A DNA stretch of 64,000 nucleotides, taken from NCBI GenBank assembly GCA_965203905.1, contig CBDBDQ010000005.1, positions 5,024,001 through 5,088,000 of the forward strand, read 5' to 3'. The DNA is from Spirochaetia bacterium (GTDB lineage Bacteria; Spirochaetota; Spirochaetia; SZUA-6; Bin103). The notes under the pieces are model-generated. The model did no database searches and was not told where the DNA came from. It was given only the letters and a program-made list of their open reading frames with translations. Positions 39,790 through 49,045 of this stretch are shown here, in pieces (within the stretch, counting starts at the first letter, position 1; the number at the start of each line of letters is the position of its first letter). The translations under genes and the position numbers were made by a program.

Positions 39790-40995
39790 TCAGTTGGCAT
39801 ACGGGTCGGCCGCATCGCGCAGCCCGTCTCCGACGAAGTTGAACGCGAGCACGGTGACGATAACGAACAGGCCGGGGATCATCAGCCATGGTGCCAGTGC
39901 CAGCGTGTGGATGTTCTGCGCCGCTTTCAGCAGCACGCCCCAGCTTATGGCCGGCGCCTGCATGCCCAGCCCGAGGAAGCTGAGGGCGGTCTCGGCCAGA
40001 ATCATGCCGGGGATCGTGAGGGTGAGGGCGGCGATGATGTGACTCAGGAACGACGGCACCATGTGGACGAAGATGGTGGCGATGTCGCCGCGACCGGCCA
40101 GGCGCGCGGCCACCACGAAATCGTCCTCCCGCAGCGCCAGGAACTTGCCCCGGACCACGCGCGCCAGCGTCGTCCACCCGAGCAACGACAGGATCACGGT
40201 GATGGCGAGGTAGGTCTGCACCACCGGCCAGCCGATGGGTAGCGCGGCGCTCAGCCCCATCCAGAGCGGCAGGCTGGGGATGGAGATCAGGATATCGATG
40301 CCGCGATTCACCACCTCGTCCAGCGGGCCGCCGAAATACCCCGCCAGCCCTCCGATCAGGATGCCGAGAAAGAAGCTGATGGCCACCCCCACCAGCCCGA
40401 TGGAGAGGGAGATCTGCGCTCCGTACAGGGTGCGGGCGAGCACGTCGCGGCCCAATGCGTCGGCCCCGAACAGGTGCACCGGCACGCCTTCGACCCCGGT
40501 GCCGAACAGGTGGACCTGCATCGGAAACAGGCCGAACAGCTTGTACTCGTGCCCGGGAACGAACAGCCGGATCGGGTAGGGCTGCGAGCGATCCTCCGTG
40601 TAGACGTTCTTGTAGGTCTCGCGGTTCTTCTCACTCTGCAAGGCGTAGACGAAGGGCCGCCGCAAGCGGCCGTCGTGGAACAGGTGCACCCGCATCGGTG
40701 GCGCCTCGCGATAGGCAACGTTGCGCTGCGTGGGGTCGTGCGGGCTCAGAAAGTTCGAGAACAGCGCCGCCAGGTACATCAGCACCAGCACTACCGAGCC
40801 GAGGATCGCCAGCCGGTGCTTGAGGAACCGGCGCCGCATCAACGCCCACTGCGAGGCGAAGTCGCGGGTGGCGGCCGGCCCGTCGGCGCCCGCGGCGAGC
40901 GGTCGTTCGGTCGGGGGGAAGGGCCGCTTCAAGTGCAGCCTGACCTCGCGTCCGCCCTCGGTGGCCGTGGGATCGCCGCGCTCGGCCATCGTCAC
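39790..40995 (-). CDS. ABC permease (DppC family)
   Basis: FGADALGRD, ETALSFLGLG, GDGLRDAADP. Confidence 0.92.
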   Translation of the reverse strand: MTMAERGDPTATEGGREVRLHLKRPFPPTERPLAAGADGPAATRDFASQWALMRRRFLKHRLAILGSVVLVLMYLAALFSNFLSPHDPTQRNVAYREAPPMRVHLFHDGRLRRPFVYALQSEKNRETYKNVYTEDRSQPYPIRLFVPGHEYKLFGLFPMQVHLFGTGVEGVPVHLFGADALGRDVLARTLYGAQISLSIGLVGVAISFFLGILIGGLAGYFGGPLDEVVNRGIDILISIPSLPLWMGLSAALPIGWPVVQTYLAITVILSLLGWTTLARVVRGKFLALREDDFVVAARLAGRGDIATIFVHMVPSFLSHIIAALTLTIPGMILAETALSFLGLGMQAPAISWGVLLKAAQNIHTLALAPWLMIPGLFVIVTVLAFNFVGDGLRDAADPYAN

Positions 40996-41990
40996 GCCGC
41001 CGCCTGCTTCTCGTAGCGGATCCGCGGATCCAGCAGCACCAGCAGGATGTCCGAGAGCAGCGTTCCCACCACGGTCAGAATGCTCAACAGCATGATGAAG
41101 CTGCCGGCCAGGAACATGTCCTGGGACAGCAGGGCACCGATCAGGAACGGCCCGGTGGTGGGCAGGTTGAGCACGATGGCGGTGATGGTGGCGCCGGAGA
41201 TCAGCGTCGGCAGCGTCCAGCCGACGGTGCTGATGAAGGGGTTGAGGGCCACGCGCACCGGGTACTTCATGATCAGGGTAGTCTCGGCCAACCCCTTGGC
41301 GCGCGCCGTGATGACGTACTGCTTGCGCAGCTCATCCAGCAGGTTGGCGCGCATGATCCGCACCAGCCCGGCGGTGCCCGCGGTGCCCAGCACCACCGTC
41401 GGCACCCACAGGTGCTCCAGCAGGTCGAGGACCTTGGCCAACGACCAGGGCGCCTCCCGGTACTCGACGGAAAACAGACCGCCGATGTCGAGCCCGAGAT
41501 AGCGAAACGCCACGTACATCAGGATGAGGGCGAGCAGGAAGTTGGGCGTGGCGAGCCCGATGTAGCTGAGGAACGTCGCCGCGTAGTCGCCCACCGAGTA
41601 CTGGCGCACGGCGGAGTAGATGCCCACCGGAAAGGCGACGATCCACACGAACAGCAGCGACGACAGGGAGATCACGAAGGTCAGGGCAATCCGCTCTCCC
41701 ACCAGCTCGCTCACCGGCGCGTTGTAGATGAAGGAGCGGCCCATGTTGCCGCGCACGAAGTTGCCGATCCACTTGAAGTACTGGCCCAGGAACGGCTGGT
41801 CGAGGCCAAACTCCTCCTTCAGCTCTTCGACCATATCGTCGTTGACCTCGAACCCCTCCGCCTCCAGCGCGAGAATGTACGTGGTCAGATAGTCGCCGGG
41901 AGGGAGCTGGATGATGGCGAACGAGACGAAGGAGATGACGACTAGGGCGATGAGCATATTCACGAGCCGTCGTACGAGATACTGTTTCAT
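40992..41990 (-). CDS. ABC permease (DppB family)
   Basis: LPPGD, TARAKGL, DPRIR. Confidence 0.92.
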   Translation of the reverse strand: MKQYLVRRLVNMLIALVVISFVSFAIIQLPPGDYLTTYILALEAEGFEVNDDMVEELKEEFGLDQPFLGQYFKWIGNFVRGNMGRSFIYNAPVSELVGERIALTFVISLSSLLFVWIVAFPVGIYSAVRQYSVGDYAATFLSYIGLATPNFLLALILMYVAFRYLGLDIGGLFSVEYREAPWSLAKVLDLLEHLWVPTVVLGTAGTAGLVRIMRANLLDELRKQYVITARAKGLAETTLIMKYPVRVALNPFISTVGWTLPTLISGATITAIVLNLPTTGPFLIGALLSQDMFLAGSFIMLLSILTVVGTLLSDILLVLLDPRIRYEKQAAA

Positions 41991-42168
41991 CTTGCCAGCC
42001 TGCCCGAACAGCATGGTGCGCGATACCGGTGCGCTGTCAACCACGCACGGCCCTACGTCGGCATCCCGAGCACACAGCCGCAACTGGTACCGCGCTCGCA
42101 GGAGTTCCAACTAGCTTGACTCAGGCCCTGGGGGGGCGATAATTGTGGCCCCGAGGAGGGCTTGCTGC

Positions 42169-44232
42169 ATGACGAGGACTATCGTTGCGCTACTGATGGC
42201 GCCGTTGTTGACGTGCGGTGCACTGGTTTTCGCAGGTGCCGCCACTGAGGAGACGGCAACGGACACTGCCACTGTCGGCTCCGGAGCCGGAGCATGTGAG
42301 AAGGTGTTGGTGGGCGGTCTCTACACCTGGTGCAAGAACTGGCTGGAGACGCCAACCGCGTCAGAGCTCGGCATCACCCAGTTCAACGAGGCGCCCACCC
42401 TCGCCGCGCTGGTGGGGAGTGGGGAGTTGCCGCCGGTGGAGGAACGTCTGCCCGAGGACCCACTGGTCATCGCCACGTACGACGAGGTGGGAGAGTACGG
42501 AGGCACGCTGCGCGTGGCCCGCACCGGCCCCGGCGACTACGGTGATTTGCTTCGCGGCGCCAAGGGATGGTTGTTCCGAGCGGATCCCAGCACCAGCAAG
42601 GTCCTTCCGCACCTGGCGAAGGGATGGGAGATTTCGAGTGACCTCCGGTCGCTGACGATTCAGCTTCGCGAGGGTGTCAAATGGTCCGACGGTGTGCCCT
42701 TCACGGCCGACGACATCATGTTCCTGTACACCTACGGCTTCGCCGACCCCGACGTGCAGGATAGCTGGCGCCGTGGATGGGTGTTCGACGGGGAGCTGTC
42801 GCGGTTCGAGAAGATCGACGACTACACCGTACGGATCAACTTTCCCCGGCCGGTATCACCGGTCATCGTGAAGTCCAACCTCAACTGGTTTCGGTCGCGC
42901 CAGGAGTTTCTGTTCACCGCCGCGCACCACATGCAGAGGTTCCACAAGGCGTTCAACCCCAACGTGGAGGCACTTGCCAAAGAGGAAGGCTACGAGAACT
43001 GGGTGCAGCTATGGAATGCGGCAGTCGAGATACAGCCACGGCAGCGGTACACGCAGCCGGAGACCGGGCCGTGGGTCATGGAGAGCCGCGACTCGGCGGG
43101 CAAGAATATGGTGCGCAATCCCTACTTCTGGGCCATCGATCAGGAGGGCAACCAGCTACCCTACGTAGACGGCTTCCATGCCGAGTTTTTCTCGGATCCA
43201 CAAGTCGCCATCCTGAGCATGATGCAGGGGACGATCGACATCGGCGGACGCCTGATGAACCCCGCGGACTTCCCACTCTACAAGGAGAACGAGGGTATCG
43301 GCGGCTACCGCGTGCGGGAGTGGCAGGACACGAAGACAGCGCGCGTAACGTACGCCTTCAATCTCAACCACGACGACCCGGTGAAGGGACCGATCTTCCT
43401 GGACAAGCGATTCCGGCAGGCGATGTCGTTGGCCATGAATCGCGACGAGATCAACGAGTTCGCCTTCCAGGGTCTGGCCATTCCGCAACAGTTCACGGTG
43501 GACTCGGGAGCGGAGTTCTACGATCCGGCCTGGGCTCAGGCTTACGCCGACTACGATCCGGACCGAGCGATGCAGCTGCTCGAAGAGATGGGCATAAGCG
43601 ATCGCGACGGTGACGGCTGGCGTGAGGCTCCGGGTGGTGAGCAATTCGTCATCGACATGAACGTCCGTACCGACTCGGTGCTGGGCACCATGGGCTTCAG
43701 CACGAGCGAATTGGTGCGAGACTACTGGCAGGAAGTGGGCGTCAAGGTCAACTACAAGCAGATCTCCGACGAGCTCAATCAACAGCTGACGAACTCCAAT
43801 CAGCTCGACCTGGTAGTGTGGGTTGCGGGGAGCTATCTCCCGACCAGGCTGGCACCCCAACGATTCGGGACCGGCTCGTCAGGCTACGCCGTTCACTGGA
43901 ATGACTGGCTCGATCATGAGATCTGGATCGCGGCAGGCAGGCAGGGCGAAGAGCCGCCACAGGGCCAGGAACCGCCGGCCGAGTGGAAGCGCTACATTCA
44001 GGATCGCATCGATTGGAACAGCGCTGCCAGTGACGCCGAATTCAACCGCCTCGGCCGGGAGGTGTTTGCCCAACATGCGGACCTGCTGCCGGTGATCGGG
44101 ACCGTGGCGAAGGTGCTGCGCCCCATCATTATCAATGACCGCGTGCGCAACGTTCCCGACACCTTGCCGTTTGCCTTCGAGACGCTGCTCTGGACCCAGC
44201 CGACACCGATGCAGTGGTTCATCCGCGAGTAG
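42169..44232 (+). CDS. ABC solute-binding protein, family 5 (paralog of 33661-35733)
   Basis: NWLETPTAS.LGIT, KWSDGVPFTADD, RNPYFWAID. Confidence 0.92.
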   Translation: MTRTIVALLMAPLLTCGALVFAGAATEETATDTATVGSGAGACEKVLVGGLYTWCKNWLETPTASELGITQFNEAPTLAALVGSGELPPVEERLPEDPLVIATYDEVGEYGGTLRVARTGPGDYGDLLRGAKGWLFRADPSTSKVLPHLAKGWEISSDLRSLTIQLREGVKWSDGVPFTADDIMFLYTYGFADPDVQDSWRRGWVFDGELSRFEKIDDYTVRINFPRPVSPVIVKSNLNWFRSRQEFLFTAAHHMQRFHKAFNPNVEALAKEEGYENWVQLWNAAVEIQPRQRYTQPETGPWVMESRDSAGKNMVRNPYFWAIDQEGNQLPYVDGFHAEFFSDPQVAILSMMQGTIDIGGRLMNPADFPLYKENEGIGGYRVREWQDTKTARVTYAFNLNHDDPVKGPIFLDKRFRQAMSLAMNRDEINEFAFQGLAIPQQFTVDSGAEFYDPAWAQAYADYDPDRAMQLLEEMGISDRDGDGWREAPGGEQFVIDMNVRTDSVLGTMGFSTSELVRDYWQEVGVKVNYKQISDELNQQLTNSNQLDLVVWVAGSYLPTRLAPQRFGTGSSGYAVHWNDWLDHEIWIAAGRQGEEPPQGQEPPAEWKRYIQDRIDWNSAASDAEFNRLGREVFAQHADLLPVIGTVAKVLRPIIINDRVRNVPDTLPFAFETLLWTQPTPMQWFIRE

Positions 44233-44288
44233 GGTAGGTCCACCGGTGCCGCGCGGCCGATCTCGTGAGCGTACGTAAGGAGCAACCT

Positions 44289-45254
44289 ATGCCTGGTCTC
44301 AGTGAGAGTCAGATCGTTCAGTTCACCGATGAGGGGTATCTGGCGCTCGAGGACGTGCTTGACCCGCGACAGGATCTCGATCCGGTGGTCGAAGAATACA
44401 CGGTCATCATGGATCGGCTGGCAAGAGATCTGTTCGCCGCCGGCCGGATCTCCTCCACCTACTCGGATCTGCCGTTTGCCGAACGGCTCACCGGGATCCA
44501 GTTCGAGACCGGCGAGAGCTACACCCAGCATTTCGATATCGCGCTACCCAAACGGGGTGTCGCGGAACAGACACCGATTTCTGTCGGTCCGGCAGTCTTC
44601 AATCTGCTCCGCAACGAAACGCTGCTCGACATCGTCGAGTCACTCATCGGACCTGACATCTTCGCCAACCCCATTCAACATGTCCGGCTGAAGCAGCCGG
44701 TCGACAGCGCGCCCGGCGCTCCGGCAACTGAGAGCGCCGGGGCTGCTCCCGACTGGTTTCATCAGGACAACGCCTTCATGATGCCCGAGGCTGACGCTAC
44801 CGAAATGGTCACCGTGTGGCTTCCCCTGGTGGACGCAAGTGTGGAGAACGGCTGCCTCGCCGTGGTTCCGTTCAGCCACCGTGACGGGCTCATGCTGCAC
44901 TGTAATCCCGGCGTGACGATCCCGGCACAACACACCCTCGTCGACGAAGCCGTGCCGGTGCCGTTGCGGCGGGGAGGTGTGCTGCTGATGCATCGCTTGA
45001 TGCATCACGGCCCGCTGCCCAACCACAGTGACACGGTTCGCTGGAGTTTCGATCTGCGCTACAACCCCGCCGGCCAGCCGAGCGGCCGAGAGGTACAGCC
45101 GGGCTTTATTGCGCGCAGCCGGGCGCGGCCGGAGACCGAGATCCGCGACCCCGAAGAATGGGCGGCGCTCTGGCACCGGACCCGTGCCAGCTTGGCCGGG
45201 CAGCCTGATCCCGTCTACGAACGCTGGTCCTCCGACGAACCAGGATGCGCCTGA
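44289..45254 (+). CDS. PhyH-family dioxygenase
   Basis: FHQDN, VTVWLPLVDASVENGCL, HHGPLPN..VRWSFDLRY. Confidence 0.9.
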   Translation: MPGLSESQIVQFTDEGYLALEDVLDPRQDLDPVVEEYTVIMDRLARDLFAAGRISSTYSDLPFAERLTGIQFETGESYTQHFDIALPKRGVAEQTPISVGPAVFNLLRNETLLDIVESLIGPDIFANPIQHVRLKQPVDSAPGAPATESAGAAPDWFHQDNAFMMPEADATEMVTVWLPLVDASVENGCLAVVPFSHRDGLMLHCNPGVTIPAQHTLVDEAVPVPLRRGGVLLMHRLMHHGPLPNHSDTVRWSFDLRYNPAGQPSGREVQPGFIARSRARPETEIRDPEEWAALWHRTRASLAGQPDPVYERWSSDEPGCA

Positions 45255-45276
45255 GATTGGATGTCGAGTCGCACAG

Positions 45277-45362
45277 CTATCCCTTCAGTGCGCCTATCAT
45301 GACGCCCTTCACGAAATAGCGCTGCGCGAAAGGATAGATCAGCAGCACCGGTACGCTCGCCA
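45277..45362 (-). pseudogene. Carbohydrate ABC permease C-terminal fragment
   Basis: [26 protein letters not shown]. Confidence 0.7.
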
Positions 45363-45492
45363 CGATGCGGTGATGCGGCAGCAGCAACCCTTCGTGGACA
45401 GCGCTCGCTGGCTTCCGTCGCAACCCAGTGACTCGATCTGGAGTGTCTCGCGCCGACTCACCACGGCAGGTGCTCCGGGCACGCCGCGTCGT

Positions 45493-47196
45493 TCATGCCT
45501 CCTCATCCTCCCCACGTTGGCCCTCCTCGACGGCGAGAAATCCGGCTTCCCAGGACGGATTGTTGGGACGCGGTGCTTTTTCCACGTTGCGGTAGTGCCT
45601 GGTCTGGGTCTTCCACACCGGCGCAGGACCATCGGCGGCTTCGGTGCTGGCTCTACCCGGCACATCGCTGCGGTGGGTGATAATCTCATTCCAGCGGGCG
45701 TTCTGGCGGTCGCGTTCGAGGCGACCGTCGGGATCGGGCAGAGTGAAGGTATAGGAGTAAAGCTTTGCGTTCTTGAGGTAGAACTTGGCGAGTATGCCAC
45801 CGCGGTAGTCCTCACGTAGCTCCAGCGGAGAGCGGCCGGGCTTCCACGTTACCTGCTGATTCTTGCCATTGGCCGTTATCGGGACACAATCACTCCGCAT
45901 AAAATTCGGAATCGGTACGCCATAAGGGCTAAGCAGCTCAACCTCGACTGAGCCGCCACCGGCATCGGCGTTCACCACTATTTCCTGAGGTGGCCCCCAG
46001 GGCTTCGCGACAAAGAAGCCTTCGCTGCTTCCAGCGTCGAAGGAGACCCAGTGATCCTCCGGCATCTTTGCCAGAAAACAGTTGGAGGAGCCGCGCGCAT
46101 CGCCACGAGATTGCGCCAGGTACTCTTCCTGGGACCAGGAAGTGTGGAGGTAGGAGTTGGCGTGATAGTAAATCCAGGTGTCGCCGTTGAGCACTACAGG
46201 ACCGTTCCTGGCAGGAAAAATTATCCTGTCCCGGTCTCCCTCCTTGCCCGCGGGAACGACGGGTGACCGATCCGCCGGCCGTGACCACTCTCGTCCATCT
46301 CGACTGTACGCAAGTTGCACTTCGAGCGCACCTACTTGCTCGAATGTTACACTCTCCGGTGGTGGGTAATATACGCTGTGCAGTTCTGCTCCCGGGAGAA
46401 AATACATCGTCCCCAACATGCCCAGACAGAAATCCTCGTAGAAGAACGGCGCCAGTCCATGCAGATTGTACATCTCGGGAGGATCGTGTTCATCCGGGAC
46501 CAGGACACGGCCCCGGTCCACCCAGTCGATCAGGTCATGACTCTCATACAGAGAGAGGTCACGAGGGACATTCGGCACGCGCCGGGTGAACAGCAGGTAC
46601 TTGCGCCGGTCGCGGTCATAGATCAGTCCCCAGAGGTCGTCGCTGACACCACGCAGCACCGGGTTGACGTGCTTGGGCCGTTCCCAGCGGATGCCATCGT
46701 GGGAGTAGGCCAGGCACAAGGGTACATGATAACCCGCCCAGCGGTCTTCCCTGCTTTCCACGTCGAAAATCATCTTGTAGCGGCGCGCGGGGATGTCACT
46801 GGGATCGTCGATGATGTTGTAGTTGAGGGAGAGCATCTCCGGGAATATGTAGTTGTTCTGCTTGGAGCCGTTTATCTCCACCAGATTGAGGATGGGCTTC
46901 TCCCAGTGGATGCCGTCGGTGCTGGTAGCATAGGCGGTCTTTCTTCCGCGCTCCCAGTATTCGCCCGGTCGAATACCGGTAACGACATACCACATCTTGA
47001 AGAGCTTCTCGTCATGATCATAAATTACGTTGATATAGTTGAGAGAATCGGACTTGTCCACATCCCACGGGGCGTCGAGTTTGACGACGGGTTCGGGGTG
47101 TTTCTCCGCCCGATTTACCTTGCGCTGAAGATTGTGTGTCTCCAGTAGATCGAGATCGTCGATTACGAGAAACTTGTACCGGCAAACATCATTCAT
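45493..47196 (-). CDS. Hypothetical five-bladed beta-propeller glycosidase-like protein
   Basis: FKMWY, YATSTDGIHWEKP, SHDGIRW, SRDGREW Asp-box-like repeats. Confidence 0.7.
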   Translation of the reverse strand: MNDVCRYKFLVIDDLDLLETHNLQRKVNRAEKHPEPVVKLDAPWDVDKSDSLNYINVIYDHDEKLFKMWYVVTGIRPGEYWERGRKTAYATSTDGIHWEKPILNLVEINGSKQNNYIFPEMLSLNYNIIDDPSDIPARRYKMIFDVESREDRWAGYHVPLCLAYSHDGIRWERPKHVNPVLRGVSDDLWGLIYDRDRRKYLLFTRRVPNVPRDLSLYESHDLIDWVDRGRVLVPDEHDPPEMYNLHGLAPFFYEDFCLGMLGTMYFLPGAELHSVYYPPPESVTFEQVGALEVQLAYSRDGREWSRPADRSPVVPAGKEGDRDRIIFPARNGPVVLNGDTWIYYHANSYLHTSWSQEEYLAQSRGDARGSSNCFLAKMPEDHWVSFDAGSSEGFFVAKPWGPPQEIVVNADAGGGSVEVELLSPYGVPIPNFMRSDCVPITANGKNQQVTWKPGRSPLELREDYRGGILAKFYLKNAKLYSYTFTLPDPDGRLERDRQNARWNEIITHRSDVPGRASTEAADGPAPVWKTQTRHYRNVEKAPRPNNPSWEAGFLAVEEGQRGEDEEA

Positions 47197-47228
47197 AGAC
47201 TGCTCCTTGAGGTCTGGGCACAGTAAGG

Positions 47229-47645
47229 TCAGAGGATCTCGATGCGTCGTTCGCTACAGACGGAACTGAAGTCGCGGAGGTTGAACGTCAGCATGGCGTC
47301 TACCCTTATGTTGGGATCAGTGATGACGGAGTGCAGTATTGCGTCTACCAGGCTCAACGGATGTCCTGCTTTGGCACGCGCAATCACATCTTCGTAAGCT
47401 GCGTCGCGATAGGGGGAATCGTCGACAAACTCTGTCTCGGGAGCGTTGGCCAAGCGTTCAAACTGAGCAACCTTGTCCGGATCGCGGACCAGCCGTGTAT
47501 TGATCGTCTCGTACAATATGGGCCAGGGCAGAACGGCAGGGAACAGGTCCAACCAATACTGTCTATCAAGCGCCTCGGAATGATAAGGATCACGTGGTTC
47601 TACGAGTGCGAAGAAGAACCCAGAATCGATCAGTATTCGCTGCAT
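47229..47645 (-). CDS. PIN-domain (VapC-like) nuclease
   Basis: ILIDSGFFFAL..RDPYH, ILYET, LSLVD, TFNLRDF. Confidence 0.8.
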   Translation of the reverse strand: MQRILIDSGFFFALVEPRDPYHSEALDRQYWLDLFPAVLPWPILYETINTRLVRDPDKVAQFERLANAPETEFVDDSPYRDAAYEDVIARAKAGHPLSLVDAILHSVITDPNIRVDAMLTFNLRDFSSVCSERRIEIL

Positions 47646-47965
47646 TACTCGTCATCATCACCGTAATCGTCGTCAAGAGTACCGTAGCCATCCCAGGGAG
47701 AACGCTTGCGTCTTCCGAAGATATATTTCCCTTTTGATTTCCCGTTTTCTTTGTAAATCACGTAGATGCGTGACTGTTTACTTAAAGAAATGGTCCTTTC
47801 GATCTCATTCTTCAGGCACTCAACCAAGTCACCGTCGTAGGTGAAATGGAGGGTGGCTACGCTGCTCCCGCACTCCTCGGCACCGTTGTCATCGAGCCAA
47901 GTATACAAGGAGCTGTAATCTCCTCGTACCCCCAGATCAAATGATAACCAGATTCGCGCTGTCAT
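47645..47965 (-). CDS. Small hypothetical protein coupled to PIN gene
   Basis: 106 aa; TAATG stop/start overlap; upstream TCGACA-17-TAGACT promoter. Confidence 0.75.
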   Translation of the reverse strand: MTARIWLSFDLGVRGDYSSLYTWLDDNGAEECGSSVATLHFTYDGDLVECLKNEIERTISLSKQSRIYVIYKENGKSKGKYIFGRRKRSPWDGYGTLDDDYGDDDE

Positions 47966-48022
47966 GGTCGTTGGGAGTCTAGCACGGCACTGGGACCGTG
48001 TCGAGACCTGAGCTTGATGTGA

Positions 48023-48268
48023 CAGGACTGTCCCACGCTACGCGACCAGCCGGCTGCAAGTCGCTGCTCGCGCTGCCCCGGACGACACCCGACTACCCAA
48101 CTCGCACCCTGGCGAGCGTCGATCAGGTGACCTCGTCTGGCGACGATCCGTACTACCGGCTCATTCCTGGACACGTCGTACAGCGAACGAACCCACGCAC
48201 CTGAAGGCGACCTTGGAACATCCCTTGCCCATACGGGATGCAGACGTCGTTCAGCATGGTATGGCCTG
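48023..48268 (-). mobile_element. 246-bp MITE: internal-deletion derivative of the HNH element
   Basis: Trailer end (CAGGACTGTCCCACGCT...last HNH codons) joined at ~48154 to the first ~115 nt of the leader (...AGCATGGTATGGCCTG). Confidence 0.85.
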
Positions 48269-48309
48269 GCACGGTCCCCCAACGGGCCCTTGAACGACGC
48301 CACCGGCAG

Positions 48310-49035
48310 TCGCTGAGCCCGGTCCGTAAAAGCGCGGGCGACGGCGCGCGGATGGGCGCGCTGATCACGCCGGTGGGGCGGTGGCTGGCGCCGTATCAGC
48401 CGGCGCAGCGTTACCACCTGCTTGACCTGCAGCGGGTGGCGGCGGAGGATCTGCCCTACCGCAACCTGCTGCGCGCGGTGGTGCGGCTGGAGCAGAGCCG
48501 GTCGTGGGAGGACGTCAAGCGGGTGATGGGGGCGTTGCAGCGCTGGTTGCCGAAGCGTGGCGCGGAGGAGTTGCGGCGCGGGTTCGTGGATTGGATACGG
48601 CAGATTGCCGAACCGCTGGCGCCGGCGGGAGCGGTGGTGCCGGAGATACGGACGCTGGAGGAGGCGGGAATGTCGTTGGTGGAACGAGTCGCCGAGTGGC
48701 CCAAGCAGTGGCTCCAGGAAGGCCGCGAACAAGGCCTTGCGGAAGGCCGTGCACAGGGCGTTGCGGAAGGCCGTAAACAAGGCCGCGCCCAAGGCGTTGC
48801 GGAAGGCCGTGAACAAGGCCGTGAACAGGGCCTTACCCAGGGGTTCGACCAGCAGCGGACACTGCTGTGCCGGCTGGCGGCGGCGCGCTTCGATGCCGAC
48901 ACCGCCGCCCGCCTGGCCGACCTGCTGGCACCGGTCGCCGACCCGGAACGGCTGGCCGAGGTCGGTGACTGGCTGGTGCGCTGCGACACCGCCGCCAAGT
49001 TCCTCGCCCGCTTCGATCCCGCCTCGCGGGGCTGA
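48310..49035 (+). pseudogene. Rpn/YhgA-like protein C-terminal fragment with intact internal small ORF (48670-49035)
   Basis: YQPAQRYHLLD, LEQSRS, MSLVERVAEW..EGREQG repeats; nuclease domain missing; GGAGGAGG before ATG 48670. Confidence 0.75.
48718..48832 (+). repeat. 12/24-bp coding tandem repeats (EGRxQG)
   Basis: GAAGGCCG(C/T)G(A/C)ACA(A/G)GGC units, typical of Rpn C-termini. Confidence 0.8.
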
Positions 49036-49045
49036 CGTCCGCGGT

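Noticed and set aside
48718-48832. Regular repeats as a possible CRISPR array
   Set aside because: In-frame coding EGRxQG repeats of Rpn.
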